Positions 1-9,980 of a DNA stretch of 28,662 nt are shown in pieces. The DNA comes from a virus (taxonomy: Duplodnaviria > Caudoviricetes). Under the pieces are notes generated by a model that was given only the letters and a program-made list of their open reading frames with translations, had not been told where the DNA came from and made no database searches. A program made the translations under genes and the position numbers. The stretch is from positions 1 to 28,662 of the IMG/VR virus record IMGVR_UViG_3300020595_000145. One strand, given 5' to 3'. Positions within the stretch are counted from its first letter, which is position 1; every line of letters starts with the position of its first letter.

Positions 1-773
1 TCATAATCAACAAGCATAGCAGCCAAAGTAGGATGGTAGGAACCAATATCAAATTCGACAAAAATATCGTTATGCGGAATAAAACTTTTTCGGGATCCGT
101 CTTTATGTGAAAGTGCTGCATAATTGACTCCCCTAAATTTGTTAGAAGGCCTTGTCGTAAGCGTTTTATAGTTGTAACTAGTGTATACAACATCGTTTTC
201 AACTGGGTGGAAATGTTTTTCAAATTCATCTTTATCAATTTTTATACCATTACGCTCGATTGCATTAAATACAAGCGTGGCTCGGTCATTATAAAACGGG
301 TTTACCACGGTATTAACACGATGCTCCAAATCATCATATACTTGCTCGCAAACCTCATAATGTTTGGTAATTGGCACAAGTTGATTAACCGTTAATAGAT
401 CCGGAAATCTCCTATATAATGTAGAATGAGCTGTTGTTTTTGGAGGTATATACGGAGGAGATCCTAATGTTATATCTACAAGTTGCTTTAAAATCGTGTA
501 GTGTAGAAATTCTTTCTTGTCTCTTACATATATCGTCTCTAACCCTTTTAAATATAAATATACCTCATCCTCAAACAAATTTTCACATTCGGGGTGAGAT
601 ATAGGTAGAATGTATCCCTTATGACCTTGGATAGGTCTTACATAGAAGCCAATAATAGAGTTTTGTGTTGGATGTTGGTAAGGATTATTTGAAATAATCT
701 CTACAAACGCTTCTTTAAAACCGCTATTTTTTAAAACCTCAAATTGTTCTTTATTCTCTATTAACCAAAACAC
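1..773 (-). CDS. Family A DNA polymerase-like protein, 5' part (runs off the window edge; absent from the ORF track)
   Basis: My translation from GTG at 771-773: MFWLIENKEQFEVL...LVFNAIERNGIKIDKDEF...VYTSYNYKTLTTRPSNKFRGVNYAAL...RKSFIPHNDIFVEFDIGSYHPTLAAMLVDY. It contains the PolA-type 'E.NGI.ID' helix, a TGRLSS-like motif (TTRPSN), 'R..F' and the motif A Asp (FVEFDIGSYHP). Confidence 0.8.
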   Translation of the reverse strand, partial: MFWLIENKEQFEVLKNSGFKEAFVEIISNNPYQHPTQNSIIGFYVRPIQGHKGYILPISHPECENLFEDEVYLYLKGLETIYVRDKKEFLHYTILKQLVDITLGSPPYIPPKTTAHSTLYRRFPDLLTVNQLVPITKHYEVCEQVYDDLEHRVNTVVNPFYNDRATLVFNAIERNGIKIDKDEFEKHFHPVENDVVYTSYNYKTLTTRPSNKFRGVNYAALSHKDGSRKSFIPHNDIFVEFDIGSYHPTLAAMLVDY

Positions 774-787
774 TTATATCTATAACT

Positions 788-1357
788 TTACTTATAGAAC
801 TTAAGATAATTATACTTTAGGTAAAATCCAAATCCAGTTATCCCAAGTTCTTGTTCTCTTAACTTTACCATATTTTCGTTTACACGAGCAACTTCGTTTT
901 TGTCCCCTGTTATTAACCATGGTAATTGGATACCAATATACAAAGAATTTTTAAATAATCCACTAGTTTCAGTGTATCTATTTTCATTGGTTTTTTTAGA
1001 AAAGTATCTTGTAAATTCTCCTAACTGGTAATCTTGGGTGTTGGGTTGGGGGTAAAAAGGAATAGGTGGTGGAGGTACTGAGGAGTTTGGGGTGATATTA
1101 TTAAGCAAGGAATAATTAAGATTATCTATACCATAAAATCTGTAGTCAGTTTCTTCTTCTCCTTCATCAGTAGTAGCTGTTGAAGATTCTGGTGTTGTTA
1201 ATTCTAAATTACTACCGTCTTCTGGGAATCTTCCAGTGTAAGCTTTACCATCAATAGTAGTAAAATAGTACCCAATATAGGGTTGATTAGATCCTAGTAT
1301 AGATAATTCACCATTACAATATAAATTAGGAGTTATATGTGATTTTGGATAATACAT
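788..1357 (-). CDS. Hypothetical protein, probably virion/baseplate-associated
   Basis: 189 aa ORF 2 nt downstream of the hub gene, on the same strand at the end of the tail module; no recognisable motif. Confidence 0.6.
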   Translation of the reverse strand: MYYPKSHITPNLYCNGELSILGSNQPYIGYYFTTIDGKAYTGRFPEDGSNLELTTPESSTATTDEGEEETDYRFYGIDNLNYSLLNNITPNSSVPPPPIPFYPQPNTQDYQLGEFTRYFSKKTNENRYTETSGLFKNSLYIGIQLPWLITGDKNEVARVNENMVKLREQELGITGFGFYLKYNYLKFYK

Positions 1358-1359
1358 TT

Positions 1360-4300
1360 TTAAGTTCCTTTTACATCATTTATATCTACGTATTGTGAAG
1401 ATGAAGAAGATAAACCATAAAAATTAACAAATTCTAATTCTCCAGCGCTAAATACAGTTTTACCATCTTCATTACTTATTCTAAGGAAATTAGTTTGATT
1501 TATAGCTCCTAATATTTCTTTACTTCTTTTTGTTCTATTTAATAATAAAGTTTGAATTTTAGGGTATTTTTCAAATAAAACTTCTTTTGCATTTGATGAA
1601 ACTGATTTCCAATCTGGTATAGCGTCAAAATGGACACAATCATATACCCAAGTGCCAGCAGTCCAAGTCCCTCCCCATCTTAATCCAGCAGCTTTAGCTA
1701 TATCAGGAACTCCTAATTTACTCCATTTTAGAGCGCCAGCAGGGGTTCCATATCTAACGTATAACTTATCTTTGCTTGGAACTAAATCTCCATCTACATC
1801 ATCCCCCTTAGGGAAAGCTTTATATATAGACATATCTATAGCAAATCCCCAAACGTGGGTAGAACCAATTCCTACCCCGGTAGTAGTATCTAATTTTCTA
1901 GTTATAGAACCTATATTAAATCTAAAATCTTTAGGATATCTTTCTAATAAACCATTAAGAAATTTTCTAAATTTATTTTGTACGTAGGGGGAGTTATTAA
2001 TATATTGTAATACTTCATCTACAGAATTTGTTCTTCTACCTTTAGGTCTTCTACCTATACGGAAATCCCTAGCAATAGCTCTATCTATATAGAAATAACT
2101 ATCTATTCTATTATCGATAACTTCAGGAGTTTCTTCTTCTATTACTGGGTCTTCTTCGATTATAGATTCTTCAATAATTCTAGTAATTTGTTCTTCTATA
2201 GCTACTTCAGGTCTTTCATCAAATAATTTTGCCCTAGATTGTGTACCTACTTTTGTAATCCATTTATTATTTTCAATAACATGATCTAATTCAGTAATAA
2301 TAAAGGTTAAAGTTTCACCATAATTTTTAGGTAAATATCTAGAGTCAATAGTTAATTGATCAAAAATTCTAATACCTGAGAGACCATCAAATGTTAAAGA
2401 TAGATTAATGGGTAAAAAACCAACAAAAGGGGTTGTTATGCCTTTCCTTTCAGCATCATATGATAGTACTTTATTAAAAAAATCTCTTTGAATACTTAAA
2501 AATTTAGTAAATGTTGGGTTATTATCACCTGTAGTACTAAGATATAGATCCGGAAAACCATAACCAGCAAAAGTACTATTTTGACCTGCTACTCCTGGGT
2601 TATTGGTAAAAGATAATTCAGAGGAACTTTTAAGTTTGCGAAGATAATTTTTATAAGTTTCTCTTAATAAAGAAAAATCAACTCTACTTTGAGCATTTTC
2701 TTGCCCTGCTTTTTCTATATCCAGTTTAGTAGGGATTATTCTATCTACTAACCCTATATTCCATTTACTAAATACAGTAGCATCTTCCCCAACAGCTCTA
2801 CCTGTAGCTTGGGCCCCTATTGAAATCATAGTAGCAAAATCTTTATCTAAAGTAGTGGTTAATTGGTAATCTCTTACAAAATTTCCAGCATTACCATTAA
2901 ACCCATATATATTAAATACAGGGTTTGTATCTATTTTTTTAAATGGAACTTCATCATATATTTCTAATACTTGTTTAGTTATTGGTTCTGTTGGTCTACT
3001 AGCCGTAACGGTTGCAGTTTGAAATAAACTATCACTAATAGCAATATCATCTGAATCTGCAAATTCACCAGTAGCATCTGGATTAAAAGCTACAAATTGA
3101 GCTTCTCCTACAGCTTCAAAAGTTTGAGTACTTTCTGAGTTAGACCCTGCAAAAGTTTTTTCAACAACTCTTAATTTTAATTTATTTACTCCTCCTAAAA
3201 ATCTATTAGTATCAATTAATATTTGATTTAAAAATTCGTAAATAGATAAATTACCTTCTTCATCAGATTTAGATTTAATTAAACCCTTTAAATATTCTTT
3301 TTCATAAAAAAGATTCATTACTTTACCTACACGTTCAGTTCCTATTTTAGTATGAAATTCTGGGAGAGAGGGAAAAACTTTTATTTCTTCATCCCCTAAA
3401 TTTACATCTAATTTGTTAATCATCTTAGAAGGATCACCTGAAAAACTATAACCATTACTATAACAATAAGTATCTTCGCTATTATCTATAGAAATTAATG
3501 CTGGGTTTTGGTTTTTGTCGTAAACCAAAAGTTTTCGGTTAATAAATTCTAGAAGAACTCCTAAACGTAAATAATGTTTAGATTCTTGTGTTTCATTTCC
3601 ATAAGCAGCATTACATGATAATATATTATTGGGTTTGGTAAATGCTGTAGTTTCAAGGTTTAAAGATTTTGCTTCTTCTTCAGTTAAAGAAGTTTTAATA
3701 GGAGAAGTTATAGTTTTATTTACAAACTGATTAGTACTACCTAATCTTGTATTGGATGAAGTTGATTTTACAGTTACGGGGACTTCTTCTACTTGAGTTG
3801 TAGTTAATAAATCTATAGCTACTTCTAAAGCTGTTGGACGATCTTCTTCAGGTGTTGGGTCATTTGAACTTTCTTCTGGAGTTGATCCTGAAGGGAGAGT
3901 ATATTTTATATTGTCTAAAGAGGTATTAATTTTTAAGCTTTCAATTACACTACCTATACTCATTAAATCTAAACTAATAGTATAAGATCCTTCTTTAGTA
4001 AATTCCCAAGAAAAATTAGTAACTCTTCCTAAAAAAGCATCGTAATTCCCTTTAGATTTTTTTCTAAGATTTTCAATTTTAGTATAAAACAAATCAGTCC
4101 CTTTATCAAACCCTGTTAGAAATTCATTTTGAAGAGTTAATTCGCTTATATCTTGTGTTGAAGCATATTCATCAACAGAAAGAGGATAGTTTGAATTACC
4201 CCATTCTACTAACATAGTATAACCTAACCTTATATAAGTAGATTCTATGTATTCAAATTGTTTACGATTATGAGCTATTAAAGAAATTGTAGCTTTTCTT

Positions 4301-4761
4301 AAAGAACCATTACTGTAAGTTTTAGAATTAAATGAAATGATCCCAGGCATAGGTTTAATTCCAAAATCAGTTCCTCCAAACCCATAGTTATAATTAGAAG
4401 TAGGTAAATTTGAAGTATCATTAGTTACTCCAAATTTAGATTTAGTATTATTTAAAGTTCCTCCTTGTAGAACTAATTCTTGAGATAATTGATTACCTTT
4501 ATAATTTTCTAATCCTAAAAATTCATTTCTAAACGAGGTCCCATTATCTGAGCCTGTTACATCTTGGTAAATAGTTTCATCAAATTTTAAAACTATTTGA
4601 TCTTCTATATTTACTGAAGATAATAATCTTACCCAAGAAGTTGAAGCATTTTCCCAAACTATATCAGATGAGGTTTTAGAGGGTTTTCCTAAAATATCTT
4701 GACGTGTTTTAATTTGGTCTTTTACATAAGCTAAATGATCTTCTCCTACTATATTAGCCAT
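1360..4761 (-). CDS. Baseplate hub-like protein with C-terminal M15-type peptidoglycan peptidase domain
   Basis: 1133 aa; sits after the LysM-like gene; hub-like N-terminus (LRKATISL...RLGYTMLVEWG, GNYDAFLGRVTNFSW). The C-terminus has SxHxxGxAxD (STHVWGFAID), GLRWGG and DxxHF (DCVHFD), the Zn-binding pattern of M15 peptidases. Confidence 0.7.
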   Translation of the reverse strand: MANIVGEDHLAYVKDQIKTRQDILGKPSKTSSDIVWENASTSWVRLLSSVNIEDQIVLKFDETIYQDVTGSDNGTSFRNEFLGLENYKGNQLSQELVLQGGTLNNTKSKFGVTNDTSNLPTSNYNYGFGGTDFGIKPMPGIISFNSKTYSNGSLRKATISLIAHNRKQFEYIESTYIRLGYTMLVEWGNSNYPLSVDEYASTQDISELTLQNEFLTGFDKGTDLFYTKIENLRKKSKGNYDAFLGRVTNFSWEFTKEGSYTISLDLMSIGSVIESLKINTSLDNIKYTLPSGSTPEESSNDPTPEEDRPTALEVAIDLLTTTQVEEVPVTVKSTSSNTRLGSTNQFVNKTITSPIKTSLTEEEAKSLNLETTAFTKPNNILSCNAAYGNETQESKHYLRLGVLLEFINRKLLVYDKNQNPALISIDNSEDTYCYSNGYSFSGDPSKMINKLDVNLGDEEIKVFPSLPEFHTKIGTERVGKVMNLFYEKEYLKGLIKSKSDEEGNLSIYEFLNQILIDTNRFLGGVNKLKLRVVEKTFAGSNSESTQTFEAVGEAQFVAFNPDATGEFADSDDIAISDSLFQTATVTASRPTEPITKQVLEIYDEVPFKKIDTNPVFNIYGFNGNAGNFVRDYQLTTTLDKDFATMISIGAQATGRAVGEDATVFSKWNIGLVDRIIPTKLDIEKAGQENAQSRVDFSLLRETYKNYLRKLKSSSELSFTNNPGVAGQNSTFAGYGFPDLYLSTTGDNNPTFTKFLSIQRDFFNKVLSYDAERKGITTPFVGFLPINLSLTFDGLSGIRIFDQLTIDSRYLPKNYGETLTFIITELDHVIENNKWITKVGTQSRAKLFDERPEVAIEEQITRIIEESIIEEDPVIEEETPEVIDNRIDSYFYIDRAIARDFRIGRRPKGRRTNSVDEVLQYINNSPYVQNKFRKFLNGLLERYPKDFRFNIGSITRKLDTTTGVGIGSTHVWGFAIDMSIYKAFPKGDDVDGDLVPSKDKLYVRYGTPAGALKWSKLGVPDIAKAAGLRWGGTWTAGTWVYDCVHFDAIPDWKSVSSNAKEVLFEKYPKIQTLLLNRTKRSKEILGAINQTNFLRISNEDGKTVFSAGELEFVNFYGLSSSSSQYVDINDVKGT

Positions 4762-4767
4762 AACTTT

Positions 4768-5067
4768 TTATTGATTTAATGTATTGTATGCTTCTAAAAC
4801 AGAGTTTAAATTTCCAGGAATTCTAAGTTGAATTCCTACAGGTGGGTATAAAGAACTTTGAGTATATTCAGCGTTAGCAGAAGAAATAACCCACCATAAA
4901 GAAGGATCTTCGTAATATAATTGAGCTAAAATATCATATCTATCTCCATCTGTAGTAATAACATAAACATCATTATTAGTGCGAGGAATATCTGGATATT
5001 TAACCGTCCTATATAAACGGGTATTTTCTAGTGTTTTAGTTTTTAATATATTTCTGTAACGTGCCAT
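4768..5067 (-). CDS. LysM-like / tail X / gp53-like baseplate wedge protein
   Basis: 99 aa with 'TTDGDRYDILAQLYYEDPSLWWVISSAN...QLRIP', the LysM-like pattern typical of contractile-tail baseplates. Confidence 0.75.
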   Translation of the reverse strand: MARYRNILKTKTLENTRLYRTVKYPDIPRTNNDVYVITTDGDRYDILAQLYYEDPSLWWVISSANAEYTQSSLYPPVGIQLRIPGNLNSVLEAYNTLNQ

Positions 5068-6890
5068 TATCCTCTATCTAAATTTTCAATCCTTGTAATT
5101 TCATCATCAATAGCATCTAAATCAGCTTCTGTAGGGGTGGATGTAGTAGGAACAAAAGGACCATCTTTTTGGTGATCGTTTGCTCTATAAACATTTGATG
5201 GGAAATCTTGATATAGATTATTTATTTTATCTGTTAAAGTTCCATCTTCTAAAGATATAAACCTTTGAGTAATAGCCCCAGCTGCATCTATATGTTTTAC
5301 AGTTTCTGGGAGGAATTTGTAGATAGGTTTAAATGTCATTTCTACATTAATCATATGGGGTAGTTCTTTTACTGAAGGGTTTCTGAATGTAGTACCCCCA
5401 ACAGAAGATATTTCAGTATTAGTAGCAGGGATTGAAATTTCCCAAGGACTTTCTTGAGGAATAGTATATGTTAAACTTTCAATAATACCCGGAGTTTCAT
5501 AAAAATAACCCCCAAGAGTTAATCTATGGATATTTCCTCTCATATATCCATTATCTGAGTAATTAGGGGCAAGTGTAGATTTTAAATAATTTAATTTTTG
5601 GAACATAATAGAAAGTTCCTGTATAGATTGAGCTACTACTGTAAATCCCATACTTACAGTATTATTAAATCCTTGATATGTATAAAAATTTTCTCCTCTA
5701 CCTATATACTTAAAATTATTCCACTCAGCACCCATAGAATCTGTAAATGAGTTTATAAATGCTCTAAAGTGGGCGAAAGTTGCTAATTTAGGATTATTAT
5801 TATCTATAGTAGCAATTCTAAATTTAACTAAATCATTCTTTTTACTTATATCTTCAGTTACATTTTCACTTTTATACAGATATAAAGAATTTATTTTATC
5901 TAAAGGGTCAGGTTTATCGTTAAATGAAGTTCTACCTTTTGAATAATTACTTCTATTTCTACCTCTTTCTCCAGGATTACCTAATCCTACCCTTTGTTCA
6001 ATATTTTTAGTTTTATAATCAGGAGATGAAGATATATTAGAAGCAGGTTTTATAGTAAGATTTTTTCTAAAATCTTCAACTAATGTAGAAGAAGAATCTT
6101 TTACTACACTATAATTTTGAAGTTGCCCTTGAGATAATGTTGAATACCTTCTATTAGCAGGGATTGTTGGAAAATCTAAACTTGATTCATATCCTATAAA
6201 TGGGGTTCTTTCAGGAGCGGTCTTAATTATAGTATCTAAAGAACCATTTTTACCAGAATTTGGACCTCCTCTATATCTAAATAACTCTAAATCAGAATGA
6301 CCATTGCTATTAGCAATTTTTTTTGAGTAAAGGTTTACTAACCTATTATTTTTTTTGGTTTTTATAGACAATAGTGAACTTTGAAAACCAACTAAATTCC
6401 CATTTACTAAGTTTATATACTCAGGACGAGAAAAAGGAACACTTAACCCAGTTGGGTCTAATCCTTGTTTATTTGGGTGAATTCCTAAAGCAGTACCTGT
6501 TGCTGATGCTAAGGTACTTAAAGGGGTGTATACACCATCATTTAATCTATATTTATTAGTTTCAGAAATTAAGGTAGGGTACCCCCCATAAATTCGAGTA
6601 CCTAATGTTGATAAAGCATTTTGTTGGGCTATAAATAACCCCCCCTTTACGGTAGTAAAATATTTTCCTAGTCTTACTAAATCATCGGCTACAGAAGACG
6701 CAACTTGAAAGCCCCCACGAATAAACATATCTGGACCTCCAGTACGGGCTAAAGTTTCAATTCCATCATTAGTAATTCTTTTATTTAAAGATTTACCTTT
6801 TATAAAGGGTTGACGACTAGAACCACCACCAGGTCTATCTTTCCCATATCTAAGAGAAGTTAGGTCTGTTTGTAAGTCTATTAATGGCAT
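5067..6890 (-). CDS. Putative baseplate / tail-tube initiator protein
   Basis: 607 aa between tape measure and LysM gene; C-terminal beta-rich tube-like segment (FRAFINSFTD..AEW...YIGRGENFYTY.GF...MRGNIHRLTLGGY...PGIIESL); its stop overlaps the next start by 1 nt. Confidence 0.55.
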   Translation of the reverse strand: MPLIDLQTDLTSLRYGKDRPGGGSSRQPFIKGKSLNKRITNDGIETLARTGGPDMFIRGGFQVASSVADDLVRLGKYFTTVKGGLFIAQQNALSTLGTRIYGGYPTLISETNKYRLNDGVYTPLSTLASATGTALGIHPNKQGLDPTGLSVPFSRPEYINLVNGNLVGFQSSLLSIKTKKNNRLVNLYSKKIANSNGHSDLELFRYRGGPNSGKNGSLDTIIKTAPERTPFIGYESSLDFPTIPANRRYSTLSQGQLQNYSVVKDSSSTLVEDFRKNLTIKPASNISSSPDYKTKNIEQRVGLGNPGERGRNRSNYSKGRTSFNDKPDPLDKINSLYLYKSENVTEDISKKNDLVKFRIATIDNNNPKLATFAHFRAFINSFTDSMGAEWNNFKYIGRGENFYTYQGFNNTVSMGFTVVAQSIQELSIMFQKLNYLKSTLAPNYSDNGYMRGNIHRLTLGGYFYETPGIIESLTYTIPQESPWEISIPATNTEISSVGGTTFRNPSVKELPHMINVEMTFKPIYKFLPETVKHIDAAGAITQRFISLEDGTLTDKINNLYQDFPSNVYRANDHQKDGPFVPTTSTPTEADLDAIDDEITRIENLDRG

Positions 6891-6893
6891 TTA

Positions 6894-7109
6894 TTATCCT
6901 GGTAAGTTATCAGTGTACTTAGGAGGAGTAAGCCCATCTAAATCTAATGTAGATGGGTTTGGTTTACCACCCATACCTGGGTTACCATTGATTGAATACT
7001 CATCATGTAATCTTGATTGTTTGCTAGACCCAGGCATAACAGAAGGAGTTGAACCATTCCATTGAGTTAGGTTTGAACCGTTTTGAGCTAATTTGTTTTT
7101 TAATCCCAT
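6894..7109 (-). CDS. Small hypothetical virion protein
   Basis: 71 aa Pro/Gly/Ser-rich ORF preceded by the recurring ATATTTATA motif; 3 nt from the next gene. Confidence 0.6.
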   Translation of the reverse strand: MGLKNKLAQNGSNLTQWNGSTPSVMPGSSKQSRLHDEYSINGNPGMGGKPNPSTLDLDGLTPPKYTDNLPG

Positions 7110-7122
7110 AATATTATTTTGT

Positions 7123-7131
7123 TATAAATAT
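7123..7131 (-). promoter_or_regulatory. Putative late promoter motif ATATTTATA
   Basis: 13 nt upstream of the ATG at 7109; one of seven intergenic copies. Confidence 0.55.
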
Positions 7132-8957
7132 TAAACATTATAAGCTACTCCTGAAGCTTTCATTGATGAATTTAATTTTCTACCATCCATATTAATAGAA
7201 AAATCTTTATTAGCTACTTGTTTTAATAAAGAAATCATTTCGTTAGCTTGAGCTTTAGTAATCCCATCATTACTTCCACCTTGGGATACATTAGGAGAAA
7301 CTACTACATTATCTCCTTTTGCTGTGACTGCTGTAGCACCATATGAATCTGTAATAGTAAAAGGGCCTCTTTCTGCTGGGGCAGTACCATCCATAACAGC
7401 AGCAACTCCCCCACCTAAGGCTAACCCCCCAAAAGCAGCTGCAAGAGCTGGAAGTGCTGTTCCACCAGTTGCTATTACTAAAGCTGCGCCAGCTATAGCT
7501 AATATTAAAGCTAAACTAGTTTTTAAAATAGTATTTAAGGATTGAATACCTTGAGTTAAAGCATCTTGGGCTGAGAGGGCGGCTGTATTTGCTGTTAGAG
7601 AATCTCCTTGTGTTTCTACTCCTGTTTGAATACTATTATTAATAGATTCTTGAGTTCTTAACTGGTCTGCAAGTGTATCTCGAGACATACCTAAAGCTGC
7701 GGCAAAAGCATCCTGTTGGATTACATTTAAACTTTGGAATTCTTCAATTGATCCGAATTCATTAGCAATTTCTTGAGTTAACCCAGCTATATCATCATTT
7801 AAAGCGAATAATCTAGCTCTTTCTAGGTTAATATCTCTATTAATAAGGGATTCAGCTTTTAATTCAGCAGCAATAGATGATTCAAAATCTAAAATAGATC
7901 TTTGAGTACCTAAAATAGCGCCCATTTCTACACCTAATGATTTAGCTTGAGCTACAGCTTCTACTAAACCACCCGGGGATCTTTCTAAATTTAATCTTAA
8001 AGCTCCTGAAATTTGGTTTGCTTCTTCTAAAGTTTGTTTAAAATTAAGAGCAACACCTGTTGTTGCTTTTATAGATTTAAATGCTGCTTCGTTTTCAGCT
8101 ACTACATCATTAAAAGCTTTACCACTATTAATGGCTTCTATTGCTAGGTTAGAGGCAGCTTCTGCAGATAATCCTAGGCGTTCTTCAGCAAATGCTACTC
8201 CATTTCTAATATCAGTAGTAAATAAATTTGCAGTTCCCCCTAAAGCACTATTTAAATCATTTGTGGCTTGGGTTACAGTTTTTAAATTTACCCCTAAGGT
8301 TTGAGCCTCTAAAGAAGTTCTAGCTAATTGTTGATTTATAGCTAAACCTTCACCTTTAGTTACAGCAAATCCTCTTTGTATCTTAGCTACTTCACTATCA
8401 ACTTCTTTAAGCATTTTTACCATATAAGCAAAAACTGCTTTACCTATATCTGGTGGGCGGATGTCCGCTATTTTTTGTTTAAGTTTATCTACAATACCAG
8501 CACCAATCCCTCTAGATTTATTTTCTTTTTCAATAGCTTCTAGAGCTTTTTCCTGTAGGGATATTTGTTCGTTTAGTGCATGTAACTGTTCTTCATTTAA
8601 ATTTACACCATTTTCTTTAGCTATATTAACTCTAGCTTCTTTTAATGCTTGGGATTCTAAAAGTTTTATTTTTAATTTTTCAACTTCAGAAGATTTTAAA
8701 AGACCTTTATTTTGTCTAGCTTGAGCTTTAATAAGTTCTTCACTTACTTTAGCTACATCTCTTAAATCTTTACTATAACCTTTTTTAAGAGTATTACCCA
8801 TAGTTTCGGTAACATCCCCTAATTCTACAGCTTCATCAACAGCTTCTCTAAACCCATTAACAAGTTTATCCCCAATAGAGACAACAGCATCAAGAATATA
8901 TTGCATTTCTTGGTTAAGTTCCTTTGCTGCTTGTTGTTGTTGTTTTAAATCTGCCAT
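7131..8957 (-). CDS. Tape measure protein-like
   Basis: 608 aa, Ala/Leu/Glu/Gln-rich and helical, with a long hydrophobic Ala/Gly stretch (SLALILAIAGAALVIATGGTALPALAAAFGGLALGGGVAAVM); canonical position after tube and chaperones. Confidence 0.75.
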   Translation of the reverse strand: MADLKQQQQAAKELNQEMQYILDAVVSIGDKLVNGFREAVDEAVELGDVTETMGNTLKKGYSKDLRDVAKVSEELIKAQARQNKGLLKSSEVEKLKIKLLESQALKEARVNIAKENGVNLNEEQLHALNEQISLQEKALEAIEKENKSRGIGAGIVDKLKQKIADIRPPDIGKAVFAYMVKMLKEVDSEVAKIQRGFAVTKGEGLAINQQLARTSLEAQTLGVNLKTVTQATNDLNSALGGTANLFTTDIRNGVAFAEERLGLSAEAASNLAIEAINSGKAFNDVVAENEAAFKSIKATTGVALNFKQTLEEANQISGALRLNLERSPGGLVEAVAQAKSLGVEMGAILGTQRSILDFESSIAAELKAESLINRDINLERARLFALNDDIAGLTQEIANEFGSIEEFQSLNVIQQDAFAAALGMSRDTLADQLRTQESINNSIQTGVETQGDSLTANTAALSAQDALTQGIQSLNTILKTSLALILAIAGAALVIATGGTALPALAAAFGGLALGGGVAAVMDGTAPAERGPFTITDSYGATAVTAKGDNVVVSPNVSQGGSNDGITKAQANEMISLLKQVANKDFSINMDGRKLNSSMKASGVAYNV

Positions 8958-8972
8958 ATTCTATGTATATGT

Positions 8973-8981
8973 AATAAATAT
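8973..8981 (-). promoter_or_regulatory. Putative late promoter motif ATATTTATT (variant)
   Basis: 15 nt upstream of the tape measure ATG. Confidence 0.5.
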
Positions 8982-8995
8982 TACAAGATTATATT

Positions 8996-9319
8996 TTACT
9001 TATATTTAGAAGTAGCTGATTTAAATTGTTGTTTATTTACTTTTCCAGAACTATCTACTAATTGTTGACCATTTTTCTTTTGGGGTTTAGATGATTCATT
9101 TGCTTTAGTATAATGTTCTTTAAGTTTAGATAAAGTAAATCTTCTTAAATATATAGGCATATTATATACTTCACTCCAAATATAACCTCCCCCACCATGA
9201 AATACTACTTCATGAACTTCGGTTAATATACTTTTTCTAAATTGTGGTGCGTTATCGGATGTCAGGCCAAAAAAAGTTAAGTCCAATGGGAATTGAAGTT
9301 TTTTCTCCAGTGCGTTCAC
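8996..9319 (-). CDS. Second tail-assembly chaperone frame (gpT / gp51-like), probably reached by frameshift
   Basis: Overlaps the upstream gene by 68 nt in the +1 frame; weak GTG start; core 'VHEVVFHGGGGYIWSEVYNMPIYLRRF' resembles the 'ENMxPxER/MPxxxR' pattern of gp51/gpT-like chaperones. Confidence 0.6.
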   Translation of the reverse strand: MNALEKKLQFPLDLTFFGLTSDNAPQFRKSILTEVHEVVFHGGGGYIWSEVYNMPIYLRRFTLSKLKEHYTKANESSKPQKKNGQQLVDSSGKVNKQQFKSATSKYK

Positions 9320-9980
9320 GAAAAAAAGTTAGGTCAACATCAGGTTGAATTTTATTAATATATGTTCTTAATGCTCGGGCATCTTGAGCTAAAAGATAAT
9401 TATCAACAAAATTTCGAATATCAGACCTTTCTTCACTACCATCTACAGATAAAATCATATGTTTTAATCTAGTAGTTAATTCTGCTGAATTGTTGGAATT
9501 AATTCGTTTTAGTCCTTTAATTTCTTGGGCAATTTTTACTTCATCACCATGAGTTAGAATTTTAAACTCAATAGTAATTTTAGTAGAAGGTAATTCAAAA
9601 GAAAATCTGTTATTACTTCTAGTAAAAAGGGATTCATCAATTTCTTTATTATCTAACTGACTCAAGTCAATATTATATTCTTCTCCTTGGTAAGAAAATT
9701 TATAGTCTTTACCATATCCTAAAATACGGGAAGATACCATAATAGCATTTTTATCACCAATTAATAAATCATTATAATTAACATCACTTACAATTAAAGA
9801 TTTCATTAATTTATCTAGTACAGTACCATCATTAATATAATTAGCATTAGTAAGAATATCTTCTTCTTTTGCTGTCATATATTTAATTTCAATTTTCCCA
9901 GATGATAAAGGGTTATCTGTTGAGTAAAGAAGACCTTTAGAAGGTAGTTGTACTGTTTCTGTTGGTAATTTAAATTCCAT
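9252..9980 (-). CDS. Tail/baseplate hub assembly chaperone (T4 gp26-like)
   Basis: 242 aa; 'VQLPSKG...IKYMTAKEEDIL...DLLIGDKNAIMVSSRILGYG' is a gp26-like pattern; lies between tube and tape measure. Confidence 0.7.
   Translation of the reverse strand: MEFKLPTETVQLPSKGLLYSTDNPLSSGKIEIKYMTAKEEDILTNANYINDGTVLDKLMKSLIVSDVNYNDLLIGDKNAIMVSSRILGYGKDYKFSYQGEEYNIDLSQLDNKEIDESLFTRSNNRFSFELPSTKITIEFKILTHGDEVKIAQEIKGLKRINSNNSAELTTRLKHMILSVDGSEERSDIRNFVDNYLLAQDARALRTYINKIQPDVDLTFFRERTGEKTSIPIGLNFFWPDIR

Noticed and set aside
207-8724. Plus-strand ORFs 207-395, 1652-1987, 6374-6559, 7324-7545 and 8461-8724
   Set aside because: All are antisense to well-supported minus-strand genes and have no recognisable motifs.
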